The position numbers were made by a program, and so were the translations under genes. Below the pieces are notes generated by a model. That model saw only the letters and a list, made by a program, of their open reading frames with translations, searched no databases and was not told where the DNA came from. From the human T2T-CHM13v2.0 reference genome, Homo sapiens, in NCBI RefSeq assembly GCF_009914755.1, contig NC_060931.1: DNA of 64,000 nucleotides; one strand, given 5' to 3'. Of the stretch, positions 38,216-54,270 are shown piece after piece (within the stretch, counting starts at the first letter, position 1; each line of letters begins with the position of its first letter).

Positions 38216-39545
38216 CAGATAACACTTCTTGATTATGTACCAAATGTAAATGATGCACATATATATATATTTACCTTAGCAGAACATAAGTGCTTCATTC
38301 ATCCCTTGTCTAACATTTTCCCCAAGAAAACAATTTGAATTTAGCCCAATTTTTGGCAATTATAAATTCACCAGTGGATGGTAAATTTTTGTAAGCCAAT
38401 AAAACACACATCCAGAATCAGCTCTTCTGAAATTAGTAGCGATTCTAGAAATAAGTTTGCAAATCAAATGATCAATTCTAACAAAATCGGAAGGGGGACA
38501 TTGAATCTACTTAAGAAAATTAACTCTGGATACTTGACAATCACGTTATCAGCATCATTTTCATGTAAACATTCTGCTCTTATCAAAGATTCTTATCTAA
38601 TCATTAAAGTAGGCCTTGTACTTGGCTAAATGCTTGTCATAATTTCACAATTTTCACTCACTAGGGCTGGCCACCCTCCAAGATATTCCAATTAAGAGTT
38701 TATTACTCTGTCACACTTTCAGGAGCCTGAGTAGACATATAGTTAAATTCTATCTAAAGGACATATCCCAGGCTATAGCTGCTCTGTTTCTGTGTGATTT
38801 TTTTTTTTTTGCCTTGTGTTTCTAATGAAAATAATCTATTGATCCTGTTCAAAAGAGGAACACACAGCTCCAAATCATTACCTCCTGGCAGTAACTAATT
38901 TTTGAGTCCTATCTGCTTCACCACACTCCTTTAATGGCAGTTGAATAAATATCTAAAATGCAGACTTTTCAGTCCTTTTTGAAGGATAGTGTCTTCCAAG
39001 AAGGGGGCGAAAATCAATAAAACCAACAAATATTTACCGAGCATCAAACTATGTGTTCAATGCCAAGCTAGACACCCTCAGGGTCTTTGTCCTTAAGGAG
39101 GTTACACACAGCAGTGGAAACAAGATAAGGTCAAAAGGGTAATTCTGAACTGCCTGAAAGGGAACTCAAACCTGCCATTTGACCTTCCCTTGCTCCTGAT
39201 CAAATAACAGCTCAGGGGACCAGGGATGGACATGTGACCAAAGGCAGCCAGTGCGAGTTATTGCTTGTGTGTGTGGCCTGGCTCAGGGAGATAAACTGGT
39301 ACAATCCAATTCTCACCAGAATTTAGGCTAAAAGGCATAGAAGTTTTTGCCAACGGGGGTGGTGAGCACTAGAGCTGAAAGGTCATATTGATTTAGGGAA
39401 TAGGGCAAACAATTTTCCACAAAAAAAGGGCTAATCTGCACAAAGAGATGAATTGCACAAACCCACAGCACACAATCAGAAAGAGAAAGACAAGACAGGT
39501 TTCAGTTTGCGATGCCCAGACACAGTTTCCCAGAGACTGGTTCTA

Positions 39546-39990
<445 letters not shown>

Positions 39991-41153
39991 GTCACATGAG
40001 CAGTGTTGACAATTTTTTGCAACCAGTGTTCACTTGACACAGTGCTGGCTTTGGGCTGCAGTTGAGGACTAGAATTTTAAAACTGAGCGCAACTCAAAAT
40101 GATGCAGATAATACTGACTCTTTCTAAGCCCAGAGACCTTTTAGATGTTGGCAAATAACATATAACAAAAACTCCTAACCTGTTAGGTTGTCTTAGAATA
40201 AAGAACTGGCAAGCCAGGGGGCAAGAGGGGGCAGGAGACTTAATTGGTGCTACATACCTTTTTGTGTTTTTGGATTTTTGTTAACATATGCATATTCAAA
40301 AGATGAATAAACAATTTATTTTTTCATAGGCAGCAAACTTGGGCATGAACAAAACATGTAGCAATGCTATGTCTTCCTGAAAACAACATCTCACACTAGA
40401 AAAACATTTTGTTATTTGACCTGGTTACCGGGTCTACCACAGTCTGGTTCAAACGAATTTACTCAATCCTGCTGCCAGCAGCCCACCTTCCAGAACATTC
40501 CTTTCCAGCCACTCTGGTGTGATACAAAAGTTGCCTTTTTCCTATATATTTTAAAATAATAGTACTCTCTTGCAGACCTATCAATATAATAGGTCCATTT
40601 AGAGTCAGTAAGTAAATATTTCAAGAAACTAAAAATCCAAAAACAAACTTATACATAAAAAAGTTGTCTTCTACTTTCTCCGTTCTGAGGTTTTGCTTTT
40701 GAGGTTCTACTCAGGAATGCTCTTCTCACCCCAATCCCTCACTCCCATGCCCCTCACTCCTCCAACACCTAGTGCTACCCTCCTGCTCTTCAGCCTCTGA
40801 AGAATTTTCCTCTTGAAGCCCTCCCAGATCCCACCAATCAATTTTCCAACCTCACCTATAGTTCATTCAGGCAATTTGTCAGTTTCTCATGTCTCTTCCA
40901 ACCAGGGACTGTATGGTCTATAACCCTAAAATAAATATTAGTTCTTTCTTGGCTTAAACCATTGCTACTGACATTGTATGGCTATGTAACCTCTCACAGG
41001 TAGACCCTGCTTCTCTAGAGATCAGGGACTATGGCCTACTTCAAATTCCCTAACTGAATATAGAAGGTTCCCAGCAAACATGAATCAATTAATTGAAAGC
41101 TATACATTAAAAACTTTTATTAGCACACACACATACAAAAATCAGAAGACCTG

Positions 41154-41449
41154 GGCCAGGCGTGGTGGCTCACACCTGTAATCCCAGCACTTTGGGAGGC
41201 CAACGCCAGGGGATCACTTGAGGTCAGGAGTTCCAGACCAGCCTGGCCAACATGGCGAAGCCCCACCTCTACTAAAAATACAAAAATTAGCCAATGGTGA
41301 TGGTGGGCACCTGTAATCCCAGCTACTCAGGAGGCTGAGGCAGGAGAATCACTTGAACTCAGAAGGTGGAGGTTGCAGTGAGCCGAGATCGTGCCATTGC
41401 ACTCCCGCCTGGGTGACAGAGTGAGACCCCATCTCAAAAAAAAAAAAAA
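41154..41449 (+). mobile_element. AluS
   Basis: TSD aaaat(c/t)agaagacc. Confidence 0.95.
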
Positions 41450-42000
41450 TTAGAAGACCCACATTCCCAATTCATCCAGCTGCATCAATCGTTCACTGTG
41501 TTTCCATAATCTTCTCAAAGAGCTACTATAGTCAATTTCCAATTATTTGTGTCAGTGGGGAACAGGAACAGTCTGAAAACTGAAACCCACAAATAATCCA
41601 TACATTTAATTTTGGTGGATGCTTCCAGCCAGTATGAAAATTTCCCACTGTGAATGTCACCGTTGTTCCTGCCCCTCCTCTGTGGCAGGAGCAAACATTA
41701 CCAAAACATCACATTAGCAGGGAGAAGGGAAAACCAGGGTTCGAAGGATCTGGGGACTGGCTAATCATGGCTTATCAGACTGCAAATAATGAAGCCTGAC
41801 TGAGTCATAAGAGGGATTGCCCAATGTGGTGGCAAAGGACAGAGTGGATTTGTAGGATCCCACTCTGAATTCCAACTCATAATCGCACTCTGACCCCTCG
41901 GGCCACCAGCTATATGTGACCCTTGGCTAACTCAGCCAACTGTGCTGCCATTTCTTCATTCTGGACTCTGCAGCAAAGACACATGTGGAAAATAGAACAA

Positions 42001-42369
42001 GAGGCAGGGGGCGGTGGCTCATCCCTGTAATCCCAGCGCTTTGGGAGGCCAGGGCAGGCAAATCACCTGAGGTCAGTTCGAGACCATCCTGGGCAACAAG
42101 GCAAAACTCTGTCTCTACTAAAAATACAAAAATTAGCCTGGCATGGTGGTGGGCGTCAGTAATCCCAGCTACTCGGGAGACTAAGGCATGAGAAAGTCTT
42201 GAACCTGGGAGGCGGAAGTTGCAATGAGTCGAGATCATGTCGGTGTACTCCCACCTGGGCAGCAGAGCAAGACTCTGTCGAAAGAAAGAAAGAAAGAAAG
42301 AAGGAAAGAAGGAAAGAAGAAAGGAAGGAAGGAAAGAAGGGGAGAAGGAAAGAAAAAAAAGAAAGAAAA
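42001..42369 (+). mobile_element. AluS with GA-rich expanded tail
   Basis: TSD gaaaatag(a/t)acaag. Confidence 0.93.
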
Positions 42370-42670
42370 TAGTACAAGAATCACACTAGCTAGTGCCAAA
42401 TTAACTTCATTCAATTAGCAAATATTATTGCACACACTACGACAGGTGCCAATTATACATATATATGTACGTGTGGATTGATGGGTGTGTGTATAACATA
42501 CATACAAAGCAAACACTGTGCTTGGAAATATTAGATATGCTCAAATTGAAACGGGACTGATTTAAGAAGCATTCCATAGGGCAACTATCTATCAGAGTCT
42601 TGAATGCAAATGGCACTTGGATCTACTCATTTTTGATGACATTTTAGAATGATAACCCAAAGGCAGGGGT

Positions 42671-42976
42671 TGTTTTGTTTTTGTTTCTGTTTTTAGAGTT
42701 GGGTTCTCACTCTGTCACCCAGGCTGGAGTGCAGTGACTCTACCATAGCTCACTACAATCTTGAACTCCTGGGCTCAAGTGATCCTCCCACTTCAGCCTC
42801 TCCAGTAGCTGGGACTATAGGCGTGTGCCACCACGTCCAGTTAATTAAAAAAACAAAAATTTCTGTAGAGATGGAATCTTACTATCTTGCCCAGGCTGGT
42901 CAACAGTCTCAAGTGATCTCCCCTCTTCAGCCTCCCAAAGTACTGGGATTACAGGCATGAGCCACTGCACCCAGTC
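42671..42976 (-). mobile_element. AluJ-like
   Basis: Reverse-complement dimer. Confidence 0.92.
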
Positions 42977-43177
42977 TTTGTTTTTTTAAATCCAGGCTGC
43001 CAAGTTAATGTGCTTTCAAAATATATAAGAACTAATGTATTTCCTCTAGTCTCCTCTGAGTTGGGAACGTGTTAAATGTTGCCAACAACTTGCCTGAGGG
43101 CTGGCTCTGGCCATAGAAGTGTTTGGCTCTCCCAACGTGGGTGGTCTCCTGTTCACCAGCATCTCCTCTCTGCCTAC

Positions 43178-43466
43178 TTTTTTTTTTTTTTTTTTTGAGA
43201 CAGCTTCCCTCTGTCACTCAGGCTGGAATCTTGGCTCACTGCAACCTCCACCTCCTGGGTTCAAGCAATTCTTGTGCCTCAGCTTCCCAAGTAGCTGGGA
43301 TTACAGGCATGCACCACCATGTCTGGCTAATTTTTTTTGTATTTTTAGTAGAGACAGGGTTTCACCATATTGGCCAGGCTGGTCTCCAACTCCTGGCCTC
43401 AAGTGATCTGCCCACCTCGGCCTCCCAAAGTGCTGGGATTACAGGCAAAAGCCACTGCGCCCGGCC
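43178..43466 (-). mobile_element. AluS
   Basis: TSD ctc..gcctactt. Confidence 0.94.
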
Positions 43467-43599
43467 CTCCCCGCCTACTTCTGCCAGGGCACAGAGGGAA
43501 CATGTCAATTGCTCTCATCACCTGACACCTGACCTCCCTACCAATTTTCATTCTCTACCTGGCTTCTCTAGGCATTTATATCTCCATTCTGCAGCCTAC

Positions 43600-44300
43600 T
43601 GTACTTTCTAAATTGCAGCAAAAATATGTCCCATCCCACAGTTCTTCTTACAATGCTACTCTGATACTCTTTCCATCAAGATATAGAGGTCTAAGCTCCT
43701 TTCTCTTGCATTTATACATGTCTGTGGACTACAGTACAAGTGACACTATGTGACCTCCAAGGCTAGGGCAATTTCCACCCAGTGAGGTGCTGGAGCTCAT
43801 ACCAGCTCTTGAAAGCTAATTGTATACATCTTTTCCCAATTGTATGTTCAGTAGTTTGAAATTAGCCATTCTGGGATTATTTACTCCATGGAAATTAGCA
43901 AACACTACAAATTAGGGCTTTTTCTGTCCCAGGAAGCCAATTGTTCAACATTTGCTAGCAGGCTGCTTCACCTGCTTCTTTTGTGAGCTCACGCTCAGAA
44001 CTAAGCTGCCATGTTGTAAGGAAGGCTGAGCAGCTTGTGAAGAGGCCCAGATGGAGGGAAACTAAGACCCCTGGTCCTCATCCCCCACTGAGCTCCTAGC
44101 TCACATCCAGAACCAACTTGTCAACCATGAGAGAGCTCTCCCAAAGTGGATTCTCCAGCTCCCAGCTGATGCCACAAAGAGCAAAGACCAGCCTTCCCAA
44201 GGATCCCTGTCCAGTTGCAGATTCATGGACAAAATTGCAAATTCATGAGAAACTATTGAGGTTAGGGATGACTTGTTCAGCAGCAATAGTGACCAGAACA
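43600..44300 (+). mobile_element. Old MLT1 (H/G-like) LTR with MER63A inserted at ~43780-43967
   Basis: MLT1 motifs agtgacactatgtgacctccaaggctagg and ...cagcaatag; MER63A-like cagtgaggtgctggagc... Confidence 0.65.
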
Positions 44301-44799
44301 TAGTTCCTGGTAGCTTGGAGTAGTTCAGCTCTGCCTTGCATAGGCCCTTTTACCTTTAATCCACCAGCTTTGCCCTTGTTTTCTGGTTCCCACAATGTTT
44401 CACATCCAACACAAATTCAAGTGCACTCGGCCATTTCTTTGGATCAAGGCTGACATCCTCCCCTCCAATAGTTCCAGGATCTCTATCCCTAGCTGCTCAC
44501 AGTTCAGCGCACAATGACTTGAGTTGGAGTTTGTCTGCTTCTGTTTTCCTGAATCTCTTGCTCCAGGTATTCCTGACTTGAAAGTGCACACTTCCTACAA
44601 AGCAGAAACCTAAAGAGTTCTGCTCCTCTGTATCCACTGCTGTCATTTGGGATGCTTCCTCTCTGGCTATTGCAATGTACCTGACATTTTGGAGGAAATA
44701 GGAAACATCCTTATTTAGCACTACCTGAAAAGTTTTCCTCTCTGTCATGAATTACTGAAGCTACCTTACTTCCCATAACTCACTTTCAGACATGCCATC

Positions 44800-45216
44800 T
44801 GCCACAGTTTAAGTTTGTCCCCACCAAAACTCTTGTTGAAATTTGATTCCCCAATGTGGCAGTGTTAGGGGGTGGGGCCTAGTGGGAGGTGTTTGTTTCC
44901 TCGGGGTGGGCCCCTCATGAATGGCTTAGTACATTCTCCTGGTAGTGAGTTCTCACTCTGGCAAGACCGGGTTAGTTCCCTCAAGTGCAGGTTGTTATAA
45001 AGCCAGGATGCCCCTTGGGTTTTACCCCTTTGCACATGTCTGCTTTGCCTTTGACCTTCTCTGCCATGTTATGATGCAGCACAGAAGCCCCTGCCAGAAG
45101 CTAGGGCCATGCCCTTGAACTTTCCAGCCTGCAGAACTGTGAGCTAAATAAACCTTTCGTTGTAAATTACCCAGTCTCAGGTATTCTGTTATGGCAACAC
45201 AAAATGGACTAAGACA
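44800..45216 (+). mobile_element. MST (MSTC-like) MaLR LTR
   Basis: tgccacagttt...aaattacccagtctcaggtattctgttatggcaacacaaaatggactaagaca. Confidence 0.85.
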
Positions 45217-45401
45217 CAACTCTTATGTGGCAGAACATGATTTTCTACTCACTTGTTTCATTTCTACCCATGTGTGAATCACATGAATCAGATTCTGTCC
45301 TTGCCTTCAAGAACTGCCATCTACTGTGTATATGCACTGAGGGAACTGGGGAAGACTTCTCTCAATCTGGGTTTTAAAGTTGGAATAAAAGTGTAGTTGG
45401 C

Positions 45402-45600
45402 AAAAAGGAAGGAAAGAAAGAAGGAAGGAGGGAAGGAAGAAAGGAAGGGAGAGAGGAAGGAGAAAGGGAAAGAAGGGAGAGAGAGAAGAAGGAAGGAAGA
45501 GAGGAAGGAAGAGAGAAAGGAAGAGAGGAAAGAAAGAAGGAAGGAAGAGAGGAAGGAAGAGAGGAAAGAAGGGAGGAAGGAAGGAAGGAAGGAAAGGAAA
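45402..45600. repeat. GA-rich (GGAA-like) low-complexity tract
   Basis: Seen directly. Confidence 0.95.
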
Positions 45601-46089
45601 TATTCATTACTTCTAGGCAGAAGGAAAAATATGGATGGGTTTGGAGAAGAGCAAGAATTTGGATATATTTGGAGCAAAAGGTACACAGAGAGTTCAGAAG
45701 ATGGCTTGGGGTCAGATTAAGTTTGACCTTTATTCTATGGGCAATGTAGAGTTACTGAAAATAAGACAGAATAACATGATCTGATCTGCATTTTCTAAAA
45801 ATAACTCTTTTAGAGGCAGATTGGAAAATGGCTCAAATGGGGACTTAATTGCAGGAAAGGAGGACAATCTGAAGGCCATTGCTTGGCCAGAGGCAATGAG
45901 GACTGGAAATGAGGTGGTGACCATTGGAACAGAGGAGAGATGGGACTTGTGGGTTAAACATCAGAAGATTTGATGAGTGCTTGCATCTGGAGGCTGCAGG
46001 GAGGCTTAGAGGGATTAGACTGTGTGGAGGAGGAAGAGGAGGAGCAGGAGGAGTTATATAATGGTAGCAGAAGTAGCTTCAGCAGCAAA

Positions 46090-46290
46090 CACATATATGA
46101 CACTATATGCCAAGCATTATTTTAAGGGCTTTATTATTATATCATTATTTAATTCTCACAGCAATCCTGTGAAGTAGATTTTATTATTATTATCTCAGTT
46201 TCACAGATGAAGAAACTGAGGCACAGGGAGATGAAGTCACATACACAAAGTCACAGAGCTGGAATATTTTAAATCAGGCTCTTAATGATT
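46090..46290 (-). mobile_element. MIR
   Basis: ttcacagatgaagaaactgaggcacagggagatgaagtcac core. Confidence 0.85.
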
Positions 46291-46801
46291 TCCCAGAACT
46301 GCCTCTCCAGGGAATTAACATGAGGCAAAAATATGTAGGGTGGCAATCAGACTATGAAGCAGTGTACCCAGATCCTAGAGTGGGGGAAATGAAGACGAGG
46401 AAGAAAGGTCTTTTGAAGGAAGAAACAGAGCTAGGTAACAGTAAGAGCTGAGGGACTGCCAACCTCTACTTCCTTTCCCACTTCAGTCTCCCTAGCTTTT
46501 CATGGCCAATGGCCTCCAAAACCCCTATGTAAAAGCCGACACTCTTGTTGTGTGTCAGGACACCCATCAGTAACCACGGTTCTGCTGCCCTGAAATCCTG
46601 GCATGATCCCAAACTTTGGACCCAGTGTCTCAGTCCCAAGTCCTCCACTGATGCCAAACATACCTGGAGTCAATACTATAGGTAAGTCCCCAGGAACAGC
46701 TTCCTTTCCTCCTTCTCCCACTGACCCTTCTGCACAGCCAGTTGACAGCCTTATCCTTGGCTCCATCACACGCTCTGCCAAGTACTTCAGAACATGTCTC
46801 T

Positions 46802-47074
46802 GGGCTGGGCACTGTGGCTCATGACTGTAATCCCAGCACTTTGGAAGGCCGAAGTGGGAGGATTGCTTGAGTCCAAGATGAGCCTGGGCAACACAGCAAG
46901 ACCCCATCTCTACAACAAATAAAAAATAATTAGCCAGGCATGATAGTACATGGGAGCTACTTGGGAGGCTGAGGCAGGAGGATCACTTGATCCCGGGAGG
47001 TTGAGGCTGCAGTGAGCTCACCACTGCACTTCAGCCTGGATAACAGAGTGAGACCCCATTTAAAAAAGAAAAAA
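46802..47074 (+). mobile_element. AluJ-like with internal deletions
   Basis: TSD agaaca(tgt/agc)ctctgg. Confidence 0.9.
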
Positions 47075-48249
47075 GAACAAGCCTCTGGCCAGAGCCTGGC
47101 CCACAAGCTCTCATGCTTCTTTATGAGCCAATACCTACCTAAACCACCACCGAATCCTATACACAGCCACATACTAGCTGCCACCCAGAAACCCTGCTGC
47201 TGTGCTCCCTTGACTGATGGTTCCTTGGAGCTCACCCCTTCTAGAATTAACAATGAGACTGATGGATGCCCTCAGACTCTGTGCCTGGAGCTAGGTCAGC
47301 TTTCACCCACACCTGCCTTGGCCTAGGTGATTGCGTTTTGTGCCCTGTCTCTCTCTTGCACCACCCTGGCTGACCCAATGTCTGTCAAGGACAATGATAT
47401 CTCTGGACAAAGCTGTGCCAAACCACAGCTACAGGAAGGAGGAAAGTGACAGCAGAGTCAGAGCCGGCGGCAATGTTTCCAGCCTGGGAGGAGTAATAGC
47501 ACCACAGAAGGAGAGTAGCAGGAAGGGCGTGGGGCCGTTTTGTTCCCTTTCTTCTGGGTGGGTGAGATCCACACAGCATCGCCACTCTTGTTGTGCAAGC
47601 AGCTGTGCCCATCAAACCATCTGCGTCACAGAATGCCAAGGGACTCACGCAGGGCTTGCATCTGCTTGGGGGTGGGGAGACGAGGCTTCAGGCTGACTCA
47701 AGGGCTGTTGTGCAGCGCTGCTCATTCTAGCACGCCTTTCCAGTGGGGCCAATTTGCCACTGCACAAAGCCCATGAGCTGCTGATCTGTGGCCATTTGTG
47801 GGTCGTTTGTGCTCACTAATGAGGATTGGTTGTCACTGAAGGCCTGATTTCCGTAGCCGGGCATTATTTCTGCATGGAATTCCAAGCGAATTTGCAAATG
47901 GCCTAAAGACACAGGGTACTTTATTTCAAGACACAGCTTCTAACCACACCAAGAATTCTTGAAGCATTCAGAGCACTAACAGTAAAGGGCTTGGCCTTGT
48001 GACCCCCGACAAGTGGTTACTTTGGGTGTTTCTTAATGATACTAGGGTTTTGACCTCAGCAACTGCCATCCCACATGAAGAATGAATGCTCGTTTCTGTA
48101 TGCCTTCTTTAGAGCCTTGCCTTCTATCCTCATAGGATAATTTAACAATGATGGCTAATCTCAGACTATTCTGGAGAGCAACAATTACCAAGCTGGTGTT
48201 CATTAACAATAAGCAAAGTGATAGACTGTGTGCATAGTAGTGTGGGTAG

Positions 48250-48695
48250 ATGATTGATTGGCTGGCTGGCTGGATGGATGGATGGATGGATGGATGGATG
48301 ACGGATGATAGGTAAGTGGGTGAATGAGTGGATGGATGGTTGGATGGATGGATGGATGGATGGATAAATGAGTGGACAGATGAGCAGATGGATGGACAGA
48401 TGAATGGACAGATGGATGGATGAGTGGATGAACGGATAGGTGGATGAGTGGATGAATGGATGGTGAGTGAGTGGATGGATGAGTGGATGGATGGATGAAT
48501 AGATGGATGGATGGATGAGTGGATGGATGGATGGATGGATGGTTGGATGGATGGATAAATGAGTGGATAGTTGAGCAGATGGATGGACAGATGAATGGAT
48601 AGATGGGTGGATGAGTGGATGAACAGATAGGTGGATGAGTGGATGAATGGATGGTGAATGAGTGGATGGATGGATGAATGTATGGCTGGACAGAC
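48250..48695. repeat. (GGAT)n-type repeat with an internal duplication at ~191-bp period
   Basis: Block ggataaatgagtgga...ggatggtga starts at both 48362 and 48553. Confidence 0.95.
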
Positions 48696-49221
48696 AGATA
48701 AAAATCTCTGTCCAATATGTCATGCCTCACCATTTGGAAAAGGTAAAATGGGGTCACATTAGAATGAATTCAAACCCCCTCAACTTACCCAAGAAGAAAA
48801 ATAACCCTTATCCAAGGGTCCTCCAGTTATTTCTGGCAGCCCACAAACACCCTGGCTCCCACTTGGACTCCACCATTGTAATTCCCCTCAAGGGAGTAAT
48901 GCAGCTGCCCTTGTAGCAGTCCCTGTGTGGGAAACTTATGCAAGAGCCAAGGGCGATCCCAAAATTGCCATTCCCCAGCCTGGCCAGGGAGTGCTGGATG
49001 CCCTCGGAGATTCCTCCCCAGCTTCACATTACTCATCAGCCCTGATAGTGATGAGAGGCCAGTACATTCTCTGGAATCTTTCTGATGAAGGGCTGGTCCA
49101 TGGACCTGGAGTATCAACATCACCTAGAAGCTTGGTAGAAATGCCCAGGTCCCAGAGATTCTTATTTAATGGGTGTGGGGTGCAGCAGAGGCATTGGGAG
49201 TTCATTTTATTTTGTTTTTGA

Positions 49222-49518
<297 letters not shown>

Positions 49519-51541
49519 TGAGCTTGAAACCACTATCCCCACTGCTTCTCAAACTGTAATGTGCTGAGGAATCACCTAGAGAACTGATTAAAATACAGAT
49601 TCTGATTCTGTTAGGTCAATGATGGGGCCTGGGAATCTGCATTGCTGCAAGCTCCTGGGTGGCGCTGGTGCTCCTTATCCAACTATGCTTTCCACAGCAA
49701 GAATGTGCAGGAGTTCTCTCAGCCCCATTCTTGGACCCCCCAAACGAGAGCCTCAACCCAGTCAAAGGGACAGAACTGGAAACACCCACCACACCAAGTT
49801 TTTCCTCCCCCTCTTCTCCCCTCTCTGTTTCCCCAGTTAGTAAGTCTCCTGTAAAAATTAAAAATCTAGAGTATGGAAAGGGGTGGGAGGGAGGAATCGA
49901 GATTATATGTGTGTGGTCTGAAGGAACACTCCAGGGGTATGCCTCAGGGATCTGTCCTGTGTGTGATGCGGGATGTGGAAGAGGTTGCCAAAATGAGCAA
50001 TGTCTGAACATCATCTCAGCCACCTACCCATATCCCCCCAAAAAATGTGACCATGAGAGAAAGAAAGAGAGAGAGAGAGAGAGAAGTATTACCAGCGTAA
50101 AACTATGTTAAAGGGTTAAAGCTCTGTTTGCATTTACCCTTAAGATCTCAAGGAAGCTTACAGAAAATTACAAGCATGTTTAATAATCCCTAAAGAGGTC
50201 ATTTAAATAAACCATTTGTTAGAAACCAGAAGTTTCAACTCAAACACAATTTGGAATTGGCTAACATGTGATGGGTTTTAGACACAAGCAAAATCAGTAC
50301 AGGTTTCATAGCAACACTACTGGAACCTGCCCGGAGCACAGAGCTGCCAAGTTCAACAGCCATTCCTCACATCCAGTGACCCTAAAGAAGTGTTGCTGTC
50401 ACCTCCGTGCCCACCCCATGCCCTCAGCTGGCTCCTTTCTGGACTTGTGCAAAATCTCCTAATGCTTCTCCTACCCCCAGCCCCTCCTCACTGTAGCCCA
50501 CAGTCAACCTTCTACAGGCAAAGGGCTTATCACGTCTCTGTCCTAATCCGAGCTTTCCACTGATTCTTCATGGCCCCCAGAATGAACCCTAAGTTCCCCA
50601 GGCTTGACACTCAGAGTCCTGTGTGCATTGACCCCAAAGGACCATTTTCCCCCAAAGCTCCCTCCCGCCTCTAGCTGTGTGCTGCAAGCCCGGAGCTCAA
50701 ACTGGCCTCTCACCATTTCCCAAGTGCCTCCAGGCATTAATTCATTCTATTTCCTCCACCTACAATGCCCTCTGTCCTTCCAGCTCCTGTTCTGTTCTTT
50801 TGTACCTGTCAGAGAGAGTAATCTTTGTTCGCAAAGAGACAGAATTAACTGTGAAAAGCAGGAATTAGAGCTCAAGTGGGGCGGCCTATGCAGCCAAGCA
50901 CTTAGGCACTCAAGAGTGCAAGTCTCTTGAACTGAATGGATTCCAAAGGAATGCTACGAACTTATTAATTAGACTGCCAAGCCAGTAGCAGAAGCAGCAA
51001 AGAGTAGACCTGAAGATGTACAAGCTGATTTCTGCTTCCCAGAAATTGCAAGAGTGATGTTCAAATATATTTGACCACCTGTAAGGCAAAGACACTGACC
51101 AATCAGAAGGCAGCAATGGCCTGGAGTCCTGGAGGCCGCCTGATGGGTTTAGCCTTTGGTTGACAGACCGTGGTTGGGGGTTGGCGGGGCTGGGGGAGCG
51201 GGTGGACTCAGGAAGTTTCCTGATGGAGCTTGGAGGTGGGAGAGAGACCTGCGGAGAGGCCAGGAAAGCCTGAAGAGTAGTGGGAACAGGGCCATCCAGG
51301 GGCTCAAGACAACAGCTGGCTAGCCCTCTTTTTGGAAGTTCCCCTCCCACCCTCAGAACCAAGAATGTATCTTGCTTTTGCCAGTTTTCTGAAAGAGAAG
51401 GAGATTGGAACCCTGCCTCTAAACCCAAGAGAGGCCTAAACCAGTGTGCTTTGTATTGATCCAGGAAATGTTATAGAGCAGATGGTTTTTGAGCTCTTAA
51501 AACAGGAAGCAGCATAGTTTCATTAAGAACTTGCTGTACCA

Positions 51542-51966
51542 GACCAGACACAGTGGTCCTTGCCTGTAGTAGCCCTTTGGAGGCCAAAGCAGGAGGATTA
51601 CTTGAGGCCAGGAGTTCAAGACCAGCCTGGGCAACATAGTGAGACCACATTTCTACAAAAAAATTAAAATTAACTTGGGCATGGTGGTGCACACCTGTAG
51701 TCCCAGCTACTCAAGAGGCTGAGGCAGGGACATCTCTTGAGCCCACTGAGTTTGAGTGAAGCCTGAGCAATATAGCAAGACCCCATCTCAAACAATAAAA
51801 ATTTAAAAATTAGCCAGGCATGGTGGCCTGTGCCTGTAATCCCAGCTACTCAGGAGGCTGAGGCAGAAGGATCACTTGAGCCCAGGAGGCTAAAGCTGCA
51901 ATGAGTTGTGATGGTGCCACTGCACTCCAGCCTGGGTGACAAACAGAGATGTCATCTCAAAAAAAA
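51542..51966 (+). mobile_element. Trimeric AluJ (left + right/left chimera + right)
   Basis: Two A-rich linkers; the middle unit starts as a right arm but lacks the right-arm 31-bp insert. Confidence 0.85.
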
Positions 51967-52219
51967 TTTTTTTTTTTTGCTCTACCAAGTTAGCCTCACA
52001 TCCGGTTTTCCCATTGGGTACAAGTTTCTTGATAACAGGCCACACATGGTTTTAGGGTTGCAGCATTTCTGTTCTGCCCATCTGAACCCACTTCATCCCC
52101 ACTTGCTCCCATCCCTCCAAGGACCCAAGATCAATGCTACCCAGAGGCAAGGTCCTCAATTTCTGCAGCTCATTATTAGGCTACTGTTGCTTGTAGTCTG
52201 CCCCTGACCTCATGCCCAA

Positions 52220-54269
<2,050 letters not shown>

Positions 54270-54270
<1 letters not shown>

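Noticed and set aside
38995-39012. CTCF-like caagaagggggcga (also cacccaggtggcac near 20517)
   Set aside because: Two or more mismatches in the core; not supportable without ChIP data.
45321-45720. Lys/Glu/Arg-rich and Ser/Phe/Leu-rich ORFs
   Set aside because: Translations of the GA-rich repeat; the same applies to the HPSI-rich ORFs at 48166-48757.
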